A DNA stretch of 55,341 bases from a virus. Lineage: Duplodnaviria > Caudoviricetes. The stretch is taken from the IMG/VR virus record IMGVR_UViG_3300032213_001903, positions 1 through 55,341 of that record; one strand, written 5' to 3'. This document shows positions 36,360 through 44,977 of this stretch, one piece after another. The notes under the pieces were generated by a model. The model saw only the letters and a list, made by a program, of their open reading frames with translations, was not told the DNA's origin and searched no databases. The translations under genes were made by a program, and so were the position numbers. How positions within the stretch are numbered: position 1 is the first letter of the stretch; every line of letters begins with the position of its first letter.

Positions 36360-36533
36360 ATGTCACCTTCAGTAGAACAAATGAAAAAAGGTACTTGTGG
36401 ATGCGGTCGCAGCCCTACAGGTAATTGCATCGGCTGGCATGCATTAAGTGAATCTGAGTTTCAAGCTAAACTAGAATCATATATTGCTGATGAAGAAGCC
36501 AAAGAATTCAATAGCAATCTACAAGGTGATTAA
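36360..36533 (+). CDS. Small CDGSH-like Fe-S/Zn-binding protein (57 aa)
   Basis: CGCGRSPTGNCIGWH = CxCxxS..CxGxH; AAGGA RBS; not in ORF track. Confidence 0.65.
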   Translation: MSPSVEQMKKGTCGCGRSPTGNCIGWHALSESEFQAKLESYIADEEAKEFNSNLQGD

Positions 36534-36543
36534 ATATAGTTAT

Positions 36544-36618
36544 GCCTGGATAGCTCAGGGGTAGAGCGTCTCCTTTACACGGAGAGGGTCCGCGGTTCGA
36601 AACCGTGTCCAGGTACCA
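36544..36618 (+). tRNA. tRNA-Val(TAC)
   Basis: Loop TTTACAC. Confidence 0.94.
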
Positions 36619-36625
36619 AGTTAAT

Positions 36626-36701
36626 GCGGGAATAGCTCAGTTGGTAGAGCGAGTGCTTGCCAAGCACTAGGTCGTCGGTTCGAACCCGATTTCCCGCTCC
36701 A
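36626..36701 (+). tRNA. tRNA-Gly(GCC)
   Basis: Canonical, loop TTGCCAA. Confidence 0.96.
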
Positions 36702-36715
36702 ATATTATTAATGTT

Positions 36716-37252
36716 ATGGCACATAAACAACAATTCGATTTCGTACAAAAAGTAAAATTAAAATACCCAACTTATTTTTTTCAAAAAAAGATTTTAGAAG
36801 TTGGTAGTTTAAATATCAATGGCACAGTTCGTGATTTTTTTAGTTACTGTGATTATTTAGGAATTGATGTTGGAGAAGGCCCAAGTGTTGATTTAGTATG
36901 TGAGGGTCAAACTTTAGATCACCCCGAAAATACATACGATACTACCGTGTCATGTGAATGTTTTGAACATAACCCATTTTGGGTAGAAACATTTAAAAAT
37001 ATGCACCGTATGACTAAATCGAATGGTTTAGTTTTTATGAGTTGTGCTACTACAGGTAGACCAGAACATGGTACCACTAGAACAAGTCCAAAAGATAGTC
37101 CATTAACTATTGGTAAAGGTTGGGATTATTATAAAAATTTAACTGAACAAGATTTCAGAGACAATTTAAACATTGACGATATGTTTTCTAGTTACATGTT
37201 TGAAGTAGGTCGTCCACATTGTGATTTGTATTTTTATGGAATAAAGAGGTAA
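36716..37252 (+). CDS. Class I SAM-dependent methyltransferase
   Basis: ILEVGS, YLGIDV..G..VD, ECFEH. Confidence 0.85.
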   Translation: MAHKQQFDFVQKVKLKYPTYFFQKKILEVGSLNINGTVRDFFSYCDYLGIDVGEGPSVDLVCEGQTLDHPENTYDTTVSCECFEHNPFWVETFKNMHRMTKSNGLVFMSCATTGRPEHGTTRTSPKDSPLTIGKGWDYYKNLTEQDFRDNLNIDDMFSSYMFEVGRPHCDLYFYGIKR

Positions 37253-37256
37253 TATT

Positions 37257-37457
37257 ATGCCACGCATTAGTAGTGAAAAAGCAGTGCAAGCAATTGGTAA
37301 CCGATATGATTTGGTTTTAATTGCGTCACTTAGAGCCAGAGAATTAAAAAATGGTAATTTGGCAAAAGTTAAAACTGAAAACGGACCAATTCTTACGGCT
37401 CTAAAAGAAATTGAAGATGGTCTTATCAAAAAAGATTATCTAAAACGAATTAGATAA
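37257..37457 (+). CDS. rpoZ: RNA polymerase omega subunit homolog
   Basis: MPRISSEKAV..IGNRYDLVLIASLRAREL...ALKEI.DG. Confidence 0.88.
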   Translation: MPRISSEKAVQAIGNRYDLVLIASLRARELKNGNLAKVKTENGPILTALKEIEDGLIKKDYLKRIR

Positions 37458-37471
37458 TTACCCAAAAATAA

Positions 37472-37510
37472 TAGACAACAAACAAATATTCATATACAAT
37501 ACATGTATTG
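37472..37510 (+). promoter_or_regulatory. Sigma70 promoter with CAATACATGTATTG palindrome
   Basis: TAGACA-17-TACAAT just upstream of clamp RNA #6. Confidence 0.7.
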
Positions 37511-37524
37511 AATGATTAAATTTT

Positions 37525-37697
37525 AGGATCGGTACAGCAACCATACTTATTACATGGACTGCTACACTTACCCTGTTACTAGCTGGAGCCTTAATTGGCT
37601 TTGAAGGTTGGTAACAATGCGCAAGCAAGGATCGTGTAGATAGAGGAGTTTCGATAAGTCTCCTCGATAAAAACAAAAAGTAGACAACGATCCTGTT
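37525..37697 (+). ncRNA. CAGCAA-clamp RNA #6 (~170 nt)
   Basis: AGGATCG-GTA-CAGCAA ... CGATCCT-GTT; inner CTACAC/GTGTAG, GTTACTAGC/GTTGGTAAC, GAGGAG/CTCCTC helices. Confidence 0.8.
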
Positions 37698-37703
37698 AAA
37701 CTT

Positions 37704-37936
37704 GGGATGTGTTCAGCATTTTAAACAACTTGATTACTGCTATTGAAGGTGGTCGAAGGACACAATAGAAATATTGTTCTAGTAATAGAAACTGATGGAA
37801 TAGATGACAGATTGGAAAGACAGCCTATGTTGTTAGTAGCAGACACAATTACTAACTAGACAACATGAATTGTTGGTATGGTCTGAGTAGCATAATTGGT
37901 CAGACCAGAAAATAAAAAAACTGCTACGAACATCCC
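37704..37936 (+). ncRNA. CAGCAA-clamp RNA #7 (~230 nt)
   Basis: GGGATGT-GTT-CAGCAT ... ACATCCC; inner ATGTTG.TTAGTA/TACTAA..CAACAT, TGGTCTGA/TCAGACCA helices. Confidence 0.75.
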
Positions 37937-37952
37937 GCTAACCCAAAACACA

Positions 37953-37981
37953 TTTACATTATATCTGAAATCAGTTATAAT
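37953..37981 (+). promoter_or_regulatory. Sigma70 promoter for clamp RNA #8 and the DUF2828-like gene
   Basis: TTTACA-17-TATAAT. Confidence 0.75.
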
Positions 37982-37989
37982 ACATTTTT

Positions 37990-38046
37990 AGGATGCATTC
38001 AGCAATCTTTAATACTTTTCATAATAGTAAAAAAGCGCATCCTGTT
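37990..38046 (+). ncRNA. CAGCAA-clamp RNA #8 carrying a CAU anticodon-like hairpin, in the 5' leader of the DUF2828-like gene
   Basis: AGGATGC-ATT-CAGCAA ... TACT-T-TTCATAA-T-AGTA ... GCATCCT-GTT. Confidence 0.8.
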
Positions 38047-38074
38047 GCATAACACACATAGAAAGGAGAGTACT

Positions 38075-39496
38075 ATGCAATTCGCCGAAGCAGTAATGAA
38101 CCAAGAAGTCCGTACTACTAATGGTATGAAGGCTCGCAAGTCAACAGCAAACGCCTGTGTTGATTTGTTTTATAACATCGGTGCAAGCCGAGGTAAAAAC
38201 ATCATCCCAGCATTTACTGCGGCATATGTAGAAAACTCTGATCTAGCATTGCGTATCGCCCAATGGGCGCGTGATGCGCGTGGGGGTTCAGGTGAACGAG
38301 AATTGTTCCGACAAATCTTGTCTTACTTGGAAGTAGCTAATCCAACAGACGCTAGCCGTCTATTGGCTAAGGTTCCTGAATTGGGACGCTACGATGACTT
38401 GTTTGTTTTTAAGACTAAGAATCTTAAAACACAGGCATACACTATGTTGGGCGATGCATTGCGTAACCGTAATGGATTGGCTGCAAAGTGGACCCCACGA
38501 AAGGGCGATGTTGCACGAGAAATTCGTGAATTCTTTGGTATGACTCCAAAGCAATATCGTAAGAGCCTTGTTGCATTGACCAATGTCGTTGAAACACAAA
38601 TGTGTGCCAACGATTGGGACAATATCAACTATAGTCATGTACCATCCGTGGCACATGCACGATACAAGAAGGCTTTTGGTCGTCATGGTACAACTTATGC
38701 AGAGTATGTAACCAAGTTGGTTAAGGGTGAAGCTGGTGTTAAAATTAACGCTGGTGCAGTATTCCCTTACGATGTATTGAAGGGTGCTATCAACAAGTAC
38801 AGCCGTAGTTCAATGACTAAGACTGAGTTGGATGCATTGCAAGCTCAATGGGACGCATTGCCGAACTTCATTGGTGATAGTAATGTTTTACCAATGGTTG
38901 ACAGTTCAGGTTCTATGACTTGTGCCGCAGGTGGACCTTCTTCAAAGAGTGGTTTGACTTGTTTGGATGTTGCAATCTCATTGGGATTGTATTTTGCAGA
39001 CAAGAACACTGGTAAGTTCAAGGATACTTTCTTGACTTTCAGTCGCACTCCTAAGTTGGTTAACCTTAAGGGTAATATCAATCAAAAGATTGATCAAATG
39101 AACACTGGTGAAGTTGCTAACACCGACTTGAACAAGGCGTTTGATTTGATCCTTAAGACTGCTGTAGATAACAGTGTGCCTCAAGCAGAAATGCCTGAAA
39201 CTCTTGTGATCTTCAGTGACATGCAGTTTGATCAAGGTGTTGACCATGATGACAGTGCTATCGAAATGATTGCACGAAAGTACAAGCTTGCAGGTTACGA
39301 ACTTCCAAAGGTCGTATTCTGGAACTTGAACGCCGCATACGGCAACAGTCCAGTTAAGTTTAACAAGGCAGGTGTTGCGCTAGTCTCAGGATTTAGCCCA
39401 GCAGTTGCACAAGGTATGCTTAGTGGTAACATGGATGACTTCACCCCAGAAGCAATCATGCTGAAGACCGTTATGAAGGATCGTTATTCAGTTTAA
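38075..39496 (+). CDS. DUF2828-like TROVE/vWA protein (Ro60/Rsr-related RNA-binding protein)
   Basis: T.NG..A, WARDARGGSGER, GRYDD, AAKWTPRKG, VETQMCAN.W..INYS.VPS; vWA MIDAS DSSGS..NTD..SDMQFD; VVFWNL, LVSGFSP; AAAGGAG RBS. Confidence 0.85.
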   Translation: MQFAEAVMNQEVRTTNGMKARKSTANACVDLFYNIGASRGKNIIPAFTAAYVENSDLALRIAQWARDARGGSGERELFRQILSYLEVANPTDASRLLAKVPELGRYDDLFVFKTKNLKTQAYTMLGDALRNRNGLAAKWTPRKGDVAREIREFFGMTPKQYRKSLVALTNVVETQMCANDWDNINYSHVPSVAHARYKKAFGRHGTTYAEYVTKLVKGEAGVKINAGAVFPYDVLKGAINKYSRSSMTKTELDALQAQWDALPNFIGDSNVLPMVDSSGSMTCAAGGPSSKSGLTCLDVAISLGLYFADKNTGKFKDTFLTFSRTPKLVNLKGNINQKIDQMNTGEVANTDLNKAFDLILKTAVDNSVPQAEMPETLVIFSDMQFDQGVDHDDSAIEMIARKYKLAGYELPKVVFWNLNAAYGNSPVKFNKAGVALVSGFSPAVAQGMLSGNMDDFTPEAIMLKTVMKDRYSV

Positions 39497-39519
39497 CCAC
39501 TGATAATGATACTATCTTA

Positions 39520-39549
39520 AAATAGCACCCTTAGTGGTGCTATTTTTTT
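39520..39549 (+). terminator. Rho-independent terminator
   Basis: AAATAGCACC-CTTAGT-GGTGCTATTTTTTT. Confidence 0.85.
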
Positions 39550-39601
39550 GGTTGATGAAAACCAAAAATATAGTATAATGATAAAACTATAAAGGTAAGA
39601 T

Positions 39602-39859
39602 ATGAAATTTAAGCGTTGGCAACTTGTTAGTAACGATTCAGTGTGGATGTTTCCTCCCGATGTTCAATTGAGTACAGTATCATTACACCCTGATATTTAT
39701 GAAGATACCCCTTTTGAATCATGTTTATTTTATAGTAACGGTGATAGTGATGTAATTTGCAGATACAAAACACAAGAAGAAGCTTTATTGGGTCATATTG
39801 AATTGGAAAAGAAATATGGTCTAAAGAGATGTACAGAATTAAAGATTTATAATACTTGA
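39602..39859 (+). CDS. Hypothetical protein
   Basis: ORF with upstream TATAAT; RYKTQEEALLGH segment. Confidence 0.65.
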   Translation: MKFKRWQLVSNDSVWMFPPDVQLSTVSLHPDIYEDTPFESCLFYSNGDSDVICRYKTQEEALLGHIELEKKYGLKRCTELKIYNT

Positions 39860-39911
39860 CAAATATAGAATTTGGGCATATAATAGTTCATTAAACAGAA
39901 AGGAGCATAGT

Positions 39912-40100
39912 ATGGGTTACAATACAAAACACTTTGACCATGAAGCACACTATGCTTCTAAGTCAACAAAGGAACTTGAGGCTCTGTTAAAGCAGGCCGA
40001 AGAGTTTGTCAAAGAACATCCTAAGTTTGAGCATGGTTGGCATAATGATTATCGCCAAATGTTGAAACTGAAAATTGCTGAAAGAATTGGAAGGAAATAA
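39912..40100 (+). CDS. Hypothetical protein
   Basis: AAGGAG RBS, upstream TTGACA/TATAAT promoter. Confidence 0.7.
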   Translation: MGYNTKHFDHEAHYASKSTKELEALLKQAEEFVKEHPKFEHGWHNDYRQMLKLKIAERIGRK

Positions 40101-40101
40101 T

Positions 40102-40701
40102 ATGCCAAGTGTTTTTCTTACAAGTGATACACACTTTGGACACCTCGGCGTTTGTAAGTTTACAGGCCCCGATGGTGTCGCAAAGCTCCGTCCTTGGGAT
40201 ACACCTGAGGAGATGGATGAAGAAATGGTTCGTCGTTGGAACGAAACAGTTCGCCCTGGCGACAAGGTTTATCATCTTGGTGATGTAGTGATCAACCGAA
40301 AGGCGCTTAAGATTCTTCATCGCCTTAATGGTGATAAGATTCTTATCAAGGGCAACCATGATATTTTTAAACTTGAGGACTATACTCCTTACTTTAGAGA
40401 TATCCGTGCATATCATGTGATGAACGGTTGTATTCTCAGTCACATCCCTATGCATGAAAGCAATCTTGGTCGCTTTGGTGTTAACATCCATGGTCATCTT
40501 CATGCACACCGTGTAACACAAAAAGTTCGTTGGGGAGATACAGCACACTTTGATGAGGTAATTGATCCTCGCTATCATTGTGTTTGTGTTGAACAAACTG
40601 ACTTTAGGCCAATTCTTCTTGAGGATGTATTTAAGAGAATTGTCAAAGAAGGTGGCTCAGTTGGAATGAAGAGCCGTGAAGAGGTCTATGGACCTAATTA
40701 A
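40102..40701 (+). CDS. Calcineurin-like metallophosphoesterase
   Basis: SDTHFGH, LGD, GNHD, SHIP, HGHLH. Confidence 0.92.
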   Translation: MPSVFLTSDTHFGHLGVCKFTGPDGVAKLRPWDTPEEMDEEMVRRWNETVRPGDKVYHLGDVVINRKALKILHRLNGDKILIKGNHDIFKLEDYTPYFRDIRAYHVMNGCILSHIPMHESNLGRFGVNIHGHLHAHRVTQKVRWGDTAHFDEVIDPRYHCVCVEQTDFRPILLEDVFKRIVKEGGSVGMKSREEVYGPN

Positions 40702-40727
40702 ATAGGGACTTCGGTCCCTATTTTTTT
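40701..40727 (+). terminator. Rho-independent terminator
   Basis: AATAGGGAC-TTCG-GTCCCTATTTTTTT. Confidence 0.9.
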
Positions 40728-40775
40728 GGATGGCTTTACTTTTATATTTTTAACAAAATACTAAATAAGATTATT

Positions 40776-41252
40776 ATGTTACAGTTTATAAAAGACTTAG
40801 GAAATAAAATATTAGAGTTTATCAAAGATGACCCTGTTCGTCCTGAGATACCTACTGACTTTAGAGTAAGTGATGGTAGAATGGTCGCTGCTTTAGTAGA
40901 AGATGATAAACCAGACGCTATTGTTTGTGTAAGTTTTCATGATTTTATTCCTGCTAGTGTTAATGATTTGAATACCGTAACTGAGGTGCCTACAACTGCT
41001 GTGTTCTATACTATTTGGAGTTACAAGGCAGGAAAAGGTCAAGAGTTATTGAGAGAAGCTGTTAAAGGGATACAATCACAATATCCTAGCATTACTAGAT
41101 TCGTTACACTAAGTCCTAAAACTAATATGGCTAGACGATTTCATTTAAAGAATGGTGCAATTGTTTTTAGAGAGAATATTGAATCAATAAATTATGAATA
41201 TCAAGTGATAACAGATCCAAGTTCGGAGAAAATAAAAAATGAGCAAAGTTAA
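40776..41252 (+). CDS. Hypothetical protein, GNAT-like
   Basis: DDPVRPEI, FYTIWSY..G.G..L, TLSP.T.MA.RFHLKNGA. Confidence 0.65.
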   Translation: MLQFIKDLGNKILEFIKDDPVRPEIPTDFRVSDGRMVAALVEDDKPDAIVCVSFHDFIPASVNDLNTVTEVPTTAVFYTIWSYKAGKGQELLREAVKGIQSQYPSITRFVTLSPKTNMARRFHLKNGAIVFRENIESINYEYQVITDPSSEKIKNEQS

Positions 41253-41508
41253 AGTTGCTAAATCCCTAGAAAATATACAGTATGAACTCAGCGCAGAAAT
41301 TGCATCAGATTTTTTAGAAGATGAAATACTAACAAAACTAGATGAATTTGAAAACAACAATGACGACAACTATATTTATGGAATGGCAACACATGGTTTG
41401 TTTGCTGAATGCATAGCTCGGTTGGGTGAAATGGGATACACTGAAAAAGAACTTAAAAAAGAAATAAAGATTTGGCTTAATACATCATTAGGTCAAGTTA
41501 TTCACTAA
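41239..41508 (+). CDS. Hypothetical protein
   Basis: Coupled ORF. Confidence 0.6.
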   Translation: MSKVKVAKSLENIQYELSAEIASDFLEDEILTKLDEFENNNDDNYIYGMATHGLFAECIARLGEMGYTEKELKKEIKIWLNTSLGQVIH

Positions 41509-41942
41509 TGCCTAAAATAAAATTTATATATCAAACTGATGTTTTGGATATTGCTCGTGAATTAATGTGCAAAAAGGTATGTGAATTTGTATCTACTAAA
41601 ATAGAACTTCCTAAAAACATAGAAATAGTATTCGCTAAAATGAATCCTAGTGAATATGGTAATACCATAGTAAATTCACGATTTCCAAATAGAATAAATG
41701 TAAATGAAAAACTAAAAGCAAAAGAAATGCCATATATTCTTGTGCATGAATTAATTCATTTAAATCAAATAAAAGAAGGCTTATTAGCATCAACCTCAAA
41801 TGGTATGTGCATTTGGCGAGGGAAAATTTATAGAATTGATAAAGATTTGGATTATAAATCTTATATGCAACTTCCATGGGAACAGGATGTTAATCAAAGA
41901 TATAAAGTTTTATTAGCAGAAACATTGAATTCATTTAGTTGA
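41508..41942 (+). CDS. Zincin-like metallopeptidase
   Basis: HELIH.NQ and Y..LPWE motifs. Confidence 0.75.
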   Translation: MPKIKFIYQTDVLDIARELMCKKVCEFVSTKIELPKNIEIVFAKMNPSEYGNTIVNSRFPNRINVNEKLKAKEMPYILVHELIHLNQIKEGLLASTSNGMCIWRGKIYRIDKDLDYKSYMQLPWEQDVNQRYKVLLAETLNSFS

Positions 41943-42008
41943 CAAATAATTATTTTATGTATATACTGTAATTACAGTAGATAGCAACCCCCGAGAAAGG
42001 ACTAGAAA

Positions 42009-42200
42009 ATGGCAGAAGTCAAACTAAATGGACTCTACAAAGTCACCATGACCGAGTACGAAAGTGGCTATGGTCAACGGGAAATAGGTGTCAAGTTTTT
42101 TGACAATGAGACAGAGGCTAAGGCTTTTGTCAGAGAATATAATAAAGATCCCGGCGACCCTGACTGCTTTTATAGAGCAGAGTTTAGAAAAGTAAACTAA
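42009..42200 (+). CDS. Hypothetical early protein
   Basis: AAGGA RBS; TEYESGYGQR. Confidence 0.7.
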   Translation: MAEVKLNGLYKVTMTEYESGYGQREIGVKFFDNETEAKAFVREYNKDPGDPDCFYRAEFRKVN

Positions 42201-42360
42201 AAGTACTCAAACCCAGACATGATTTTAGTCATTCTGGGTTTCTTTTTAAGTACTAAAGTATTACATTTTTTACCCCGGAACGCTAGGACCAATTCTGAAA
42301 ATTTTTATGCACTCTGACACACGACTAGAGAAATTAGGCCTAGTGAGTACTAACTAACAT

Positions 42361-42400
42361 AATACCAAAGTAAATTTCAGAACAATACCAAAGTAAATTT
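42361..42400. repeat. Direct repeat 2 x 17 bp (AATACCAAAGTAAATTT), 23-bp period
   Basis: Exact copies at 42361 and 42384, immediately upstream of a TTGACG promoter. Confidence 0.75.
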
Positions 42401-42463
42401 TTGGTTGACGATAAATGGGCATCCTGCTATACTATGGGAATAGTAAAGAAAAGGAGCAAAAAA

Positions 42464-42607
42464 ATGAAAGTAAAAGAATTGATAGAGTTGTTGTCTCAAT
42501 TAGACGGCGACATGGAAATATATTTGTCCCAAAACGGCGGCGAATATCAGGGCGATATGTCCGGTGAAGTTGAAGTTGTGGACGGTGTTGTGTGGTTTTT
42601 AGATTAA
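42464..42607 (+). CDS. Hypothetical early protein
   Basis: AAGGAG RBS; MKVKELIELL. Confidence 0.65.
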   Translation: MKVKELIELLSQLDGDMEIYLSQNGGEYQGDMSGEVEVVDGVVWFLD

Positions 42608-42618
42608 AGGAGAAAGTA

Positions 42619-42834
42619 GTGCGTTCGTATACATTTGATGTTTTGGTACGTGAGTCGGCTAGTGGCTACTCACGAATAACTGAAGGTGCTCACTGGTACC
42701 GTCTAGCAAGCAAAATGGCTCGCAAGGGTACTGCTACTTTAGTTCTCAATAGTAAGATGTTTGCAGGTTACGGTTCGTCTCCATACGTTGGATTCAATCG
42801 ACTTAATTACACAGTGAATGAAAAAGTAAACTAA
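42619..42834 (+). CDS. Hypothetical early protein
   Basis: AAGGAG RBS before GTG. Confidence 0.6.
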   Translation: MRSYTFDVLVRESASGYSRITEGAHWYRLASKMARKGTATLVLNSKMFAGYGSSPYVGFNRLNYTVNEKVN

Positions 42835-42887
42835 AGCACTATATGCTCAAATTTGACAATAAATCATTTTGGGCATATAATACTTAC

Positions 42888-43226
42888 ATGAACTCGAAAA
42901 TCATCCGCAAGCGTAGGACCGATAGGAACCAAGTGATTTACTACATCCAGGATGTTGTAACACTTGAGTACTACATTGGGCTGACTGCGGTTGAGTTTAA
43001 AGGTAATGTTCGCAAAACCCTCAACCGTCGTATGCAAAAGCATATGCAAAGGGCCCTTGCTGAAAACAAAAATTGGGGTCTGAGCCGTGCATTGCGTGAG
43101 CGTGGTGCCGAGCGTTTTGTCTATGGTGTTGTCGAGGTTGTGCGCGGCAAGCGCCCTGCACATAGCCGTGAAACTGAATTGATTAACACATTGCAACCAG
43201 CATTGAACACATTCGGTGTGAAATAA
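42888..43226 (+). CDS. GIY-YIG-like protein (probably leaderless mRNA)
   Basis: VIY..YYIG.T..R...H...E..LI...P.LN; ATG 7 nt after TATAAT. Confidence 0.7.
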   Translation: MNSKIIRKRRTDRNQVIYYIQDVVTLEYYIGLTAVEFKGNVRKTLNRRMQKHMQRALAENKNWGLSRALRERGAERFVYGVVEVVRGKRPAHSRETELINTLQPALNTFGVK

Positions 43227-43292
43227 AAGGTTGACAAATAATCGGTTTGGGTATATAATACAGTCATAGACAGTTAAATAACGGAGCACACA

Positions 43293-43427
43293 ATGAAACG
43301 ACAATTCAAAATGGGACACTACGCAAAGATGCGTAAGATCATGGCAGAATACGGCTTCCCCTTGCAACTGGTCATGTGCGGCTATATCATCAACGGTCGC
43401 TTCTATCTCACTCACCGCACCAAATAA
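43293..43427 (+). CDS. Hypothetical small early protein
   Basis: GGAG RBS after a TTGACA/TATAAT promoter. Confidence 0.55.
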   Translation: MKRQFKMGHYAKMRKIMAEYGFPLQLVMCGYIINGRFYLTHRTK

Positions 43428-43438
43428 GGAGCACTAAA

Positions 43439-43657
43439 ATGGACAAGGTAAAAGGTGTGGTAGAAGGTGTGGGTGAGTACGGTATCGACACTGAAGCCAG
43501 TCCTGGCAACGGTCGTTATTATGTTAAGACCTACGACGGCAGGTACGATGTAGCAGGCTACACTAAAAAAGAAGCTATTGAAATGCTTGACATATTTTCA
43601 AATATAGCAAAACGCAAAGCACTAGGAATTCCGTTTAACAAGCCTCTTCCAGAATAA
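43439..43657 (+). CDS. Hypothetical early protein
   Basis: TAAGGAG RBS. Confidence 0.65.
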   Translation: MDKVKGVVEGVGEYGIDTEASPGNGRYYVKTYDGRYDVAGYTKKEAIEMLDIFSNIAKRKALGIPFNKPLPE

Positions 43658-43667
43658 GGAGCAAAAC

Positions 43668-43919
43668 ATGCTGATTAATTATACTAGCGAGCCTCAAGAG
43701 TTTGAAGGCAATCTCTACGACCAACGACACGGCGGTCCCTTTGATCGCGGTGCCGCTGACAGTTACTACAATCGTGGCTATCACCCGCACTACTTCCGAG
43801 GTGACACCTACTCATCGGAGATGGTTACTTTGGCAGAAATGACTGCCGAGGAGATCACTGCCTACACCGCAGGCTATAACTACAATGAAAAATTTGGTGA
43901 CAAGAAGGATTGGGGTTGA
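43668..43919 (+). CDS. Hypothetical early protein
   Basis: HGGPFDRGAADSYY; TAAGGAG RBS. Confidence 0.7.
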   Translation: MLINYTSEPQEFEGNLYDQRHGGPFDRGAADSYYNRGYHPHYFRGDTYSSEMVTLAEMTAEEITAYTAGYNYNEKFGDKKDWG

Positions 43920-43922
43920 ACT

Positions 43923-44066
43923 ATGAAACACGCAATTGATAGAATCACTGGTAATGTCGTCACTATTCTCCGTGAGGCTAATACTGATGGCCGTCGGTGT
44001 GTAGTGATCCGTCATCCTGATGGCTCTGAACAAATTCAATTTAAATCCTTGCTGATTGGACTGTAA
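43923..44066 (+). CDS. Hypothetical small protein
   Basis: 47-aa ORF filling the gap. Confidence 0.45.
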   Translation: MKHAIDRITGNVVTILREANTDGRRCVVIRHPDGSEQIQFKSLLIGL

Positions 44067-44067
44067 A

Positions 44068-44484
44068 ATGAACAAACGAATAATGATTAGTGCTGTAACT
44101 CAAACACCTGCTGCTCCTAGCCAAATCGCCATAGAGCATTTTGAATCTGAATTTACTTTTGAAACCGACTGTTGGGATGTCAATGACGCAATGAACAAAG
44201 GCCCTGACTTTGTTTTATTAGATGTTCGCAGTCACGATTTATATGCAAAAGGTCACATTCGTGGAGCCATTAGCATGCCACACGGGAAAATTGTTGGATC
44301 TCTGTTGTCAAGATGGTCTCAAGACACGCTGTTTGTCACATATTGTGCTGGTCCGCATTGCAATGGAGCATCCAAGGCTGCGTTACGATTAGCAAAGTTA
44401 GGCAGACCTGTTAAAATTATGACAGGTGGTATTACAGGTTGGCTTGATGAAGGTTTTGTTTTAGATATCGGAGTTAAAGAATGA
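44068..44484 (+). CDS. Rhodanese-like sulfurtransferase
   Basis: LLDVRS..Y.KGHI.GA, YCAGPHCNGA, GGITGW. Confidence 0.92.
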   Translation: MNKRIMISAVTQTPAAPSQIAIEHFESEFTFETDCWDVNDAMNKGPDFVLLDVRSHDLYAKGHIRGAISMPHGKIVGSLLSRWSQDTLFVTYCAGPHCNGASKAALRLAKLGRPVKIMTGGITGWLDEGFVLDIGVKE

Positions 44485-44678
44485 ACGAACGAATCAAAGA
44501 ACTTGCTGACCAAATTCTGCCTAACGAAAAAGAATGGCACAAAGGTGACTCCAAGGACTGGGGATATTTCTTCTCCGGTGATGAACTGGAAAAGTTCGCC
44601 GAGTTGATTGTTCGGCAATGTGCTAAGTTCACAGATTATAAAGAAGAATTATATAAACATTTCGGAGTTGAAGAATGA
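44481..44678 (+). CDS. Hypothetical phage protein
   Basis: MNERIKELA..EKFAELIVR.C..HFGVEE. Confidence 0.7.
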   Translation: MNERIKELADQILPNEKEWHKGDSKDWGYFFSGDELEKFAELIVRQCAKFTDYKEELYKHFGVEE

Positions 44679-44920
44679 TTACCGCTGATAAAGTTAAAAC
44701 TCTTATTGAGTTTGGTCCTAAAGGACTTGCTGTAATTTTAGATAAGAGTGGTTATCACGGAGCATCATTTAAAACTGCTCAATTTGTAGGCATCACCAAC
44801 GGCGGGCAATTTGCTTATAAAGTAACATACTTTGACAAGGAAAATACCGGCAAAGATCAAGTGGGAAAAGTATTTATAACCTACAATTTTGAGACTGATT
44901 CCATTGTTGCTGACTATTGA
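44675..44920 (+). CDS. Hypothetical protein
   Basis: ATGA-coupled ORF. Confidence 0.65.
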   Translation: MITADKVKTLIEFGPKGLAVILDKSGYHGASFKTAQFVGITNGGQFAYKVTYFDKENTGKDQVGKVFITYNFETDSIVADY

Positions 44921-44956
44921 CAATAAATCCAAACCCTAATACAATACTTGTATTGA
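44917..44956 (+). promoter_or_regulatory. Early sigma70 promoter (repeated motif)
   Basis: TTGACAATAAATC-N-TACAATACTTGTATTGA. Confidence 0.85.
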
Positions 44957-44977
44957 GAATTTAACACAGGATCACAC

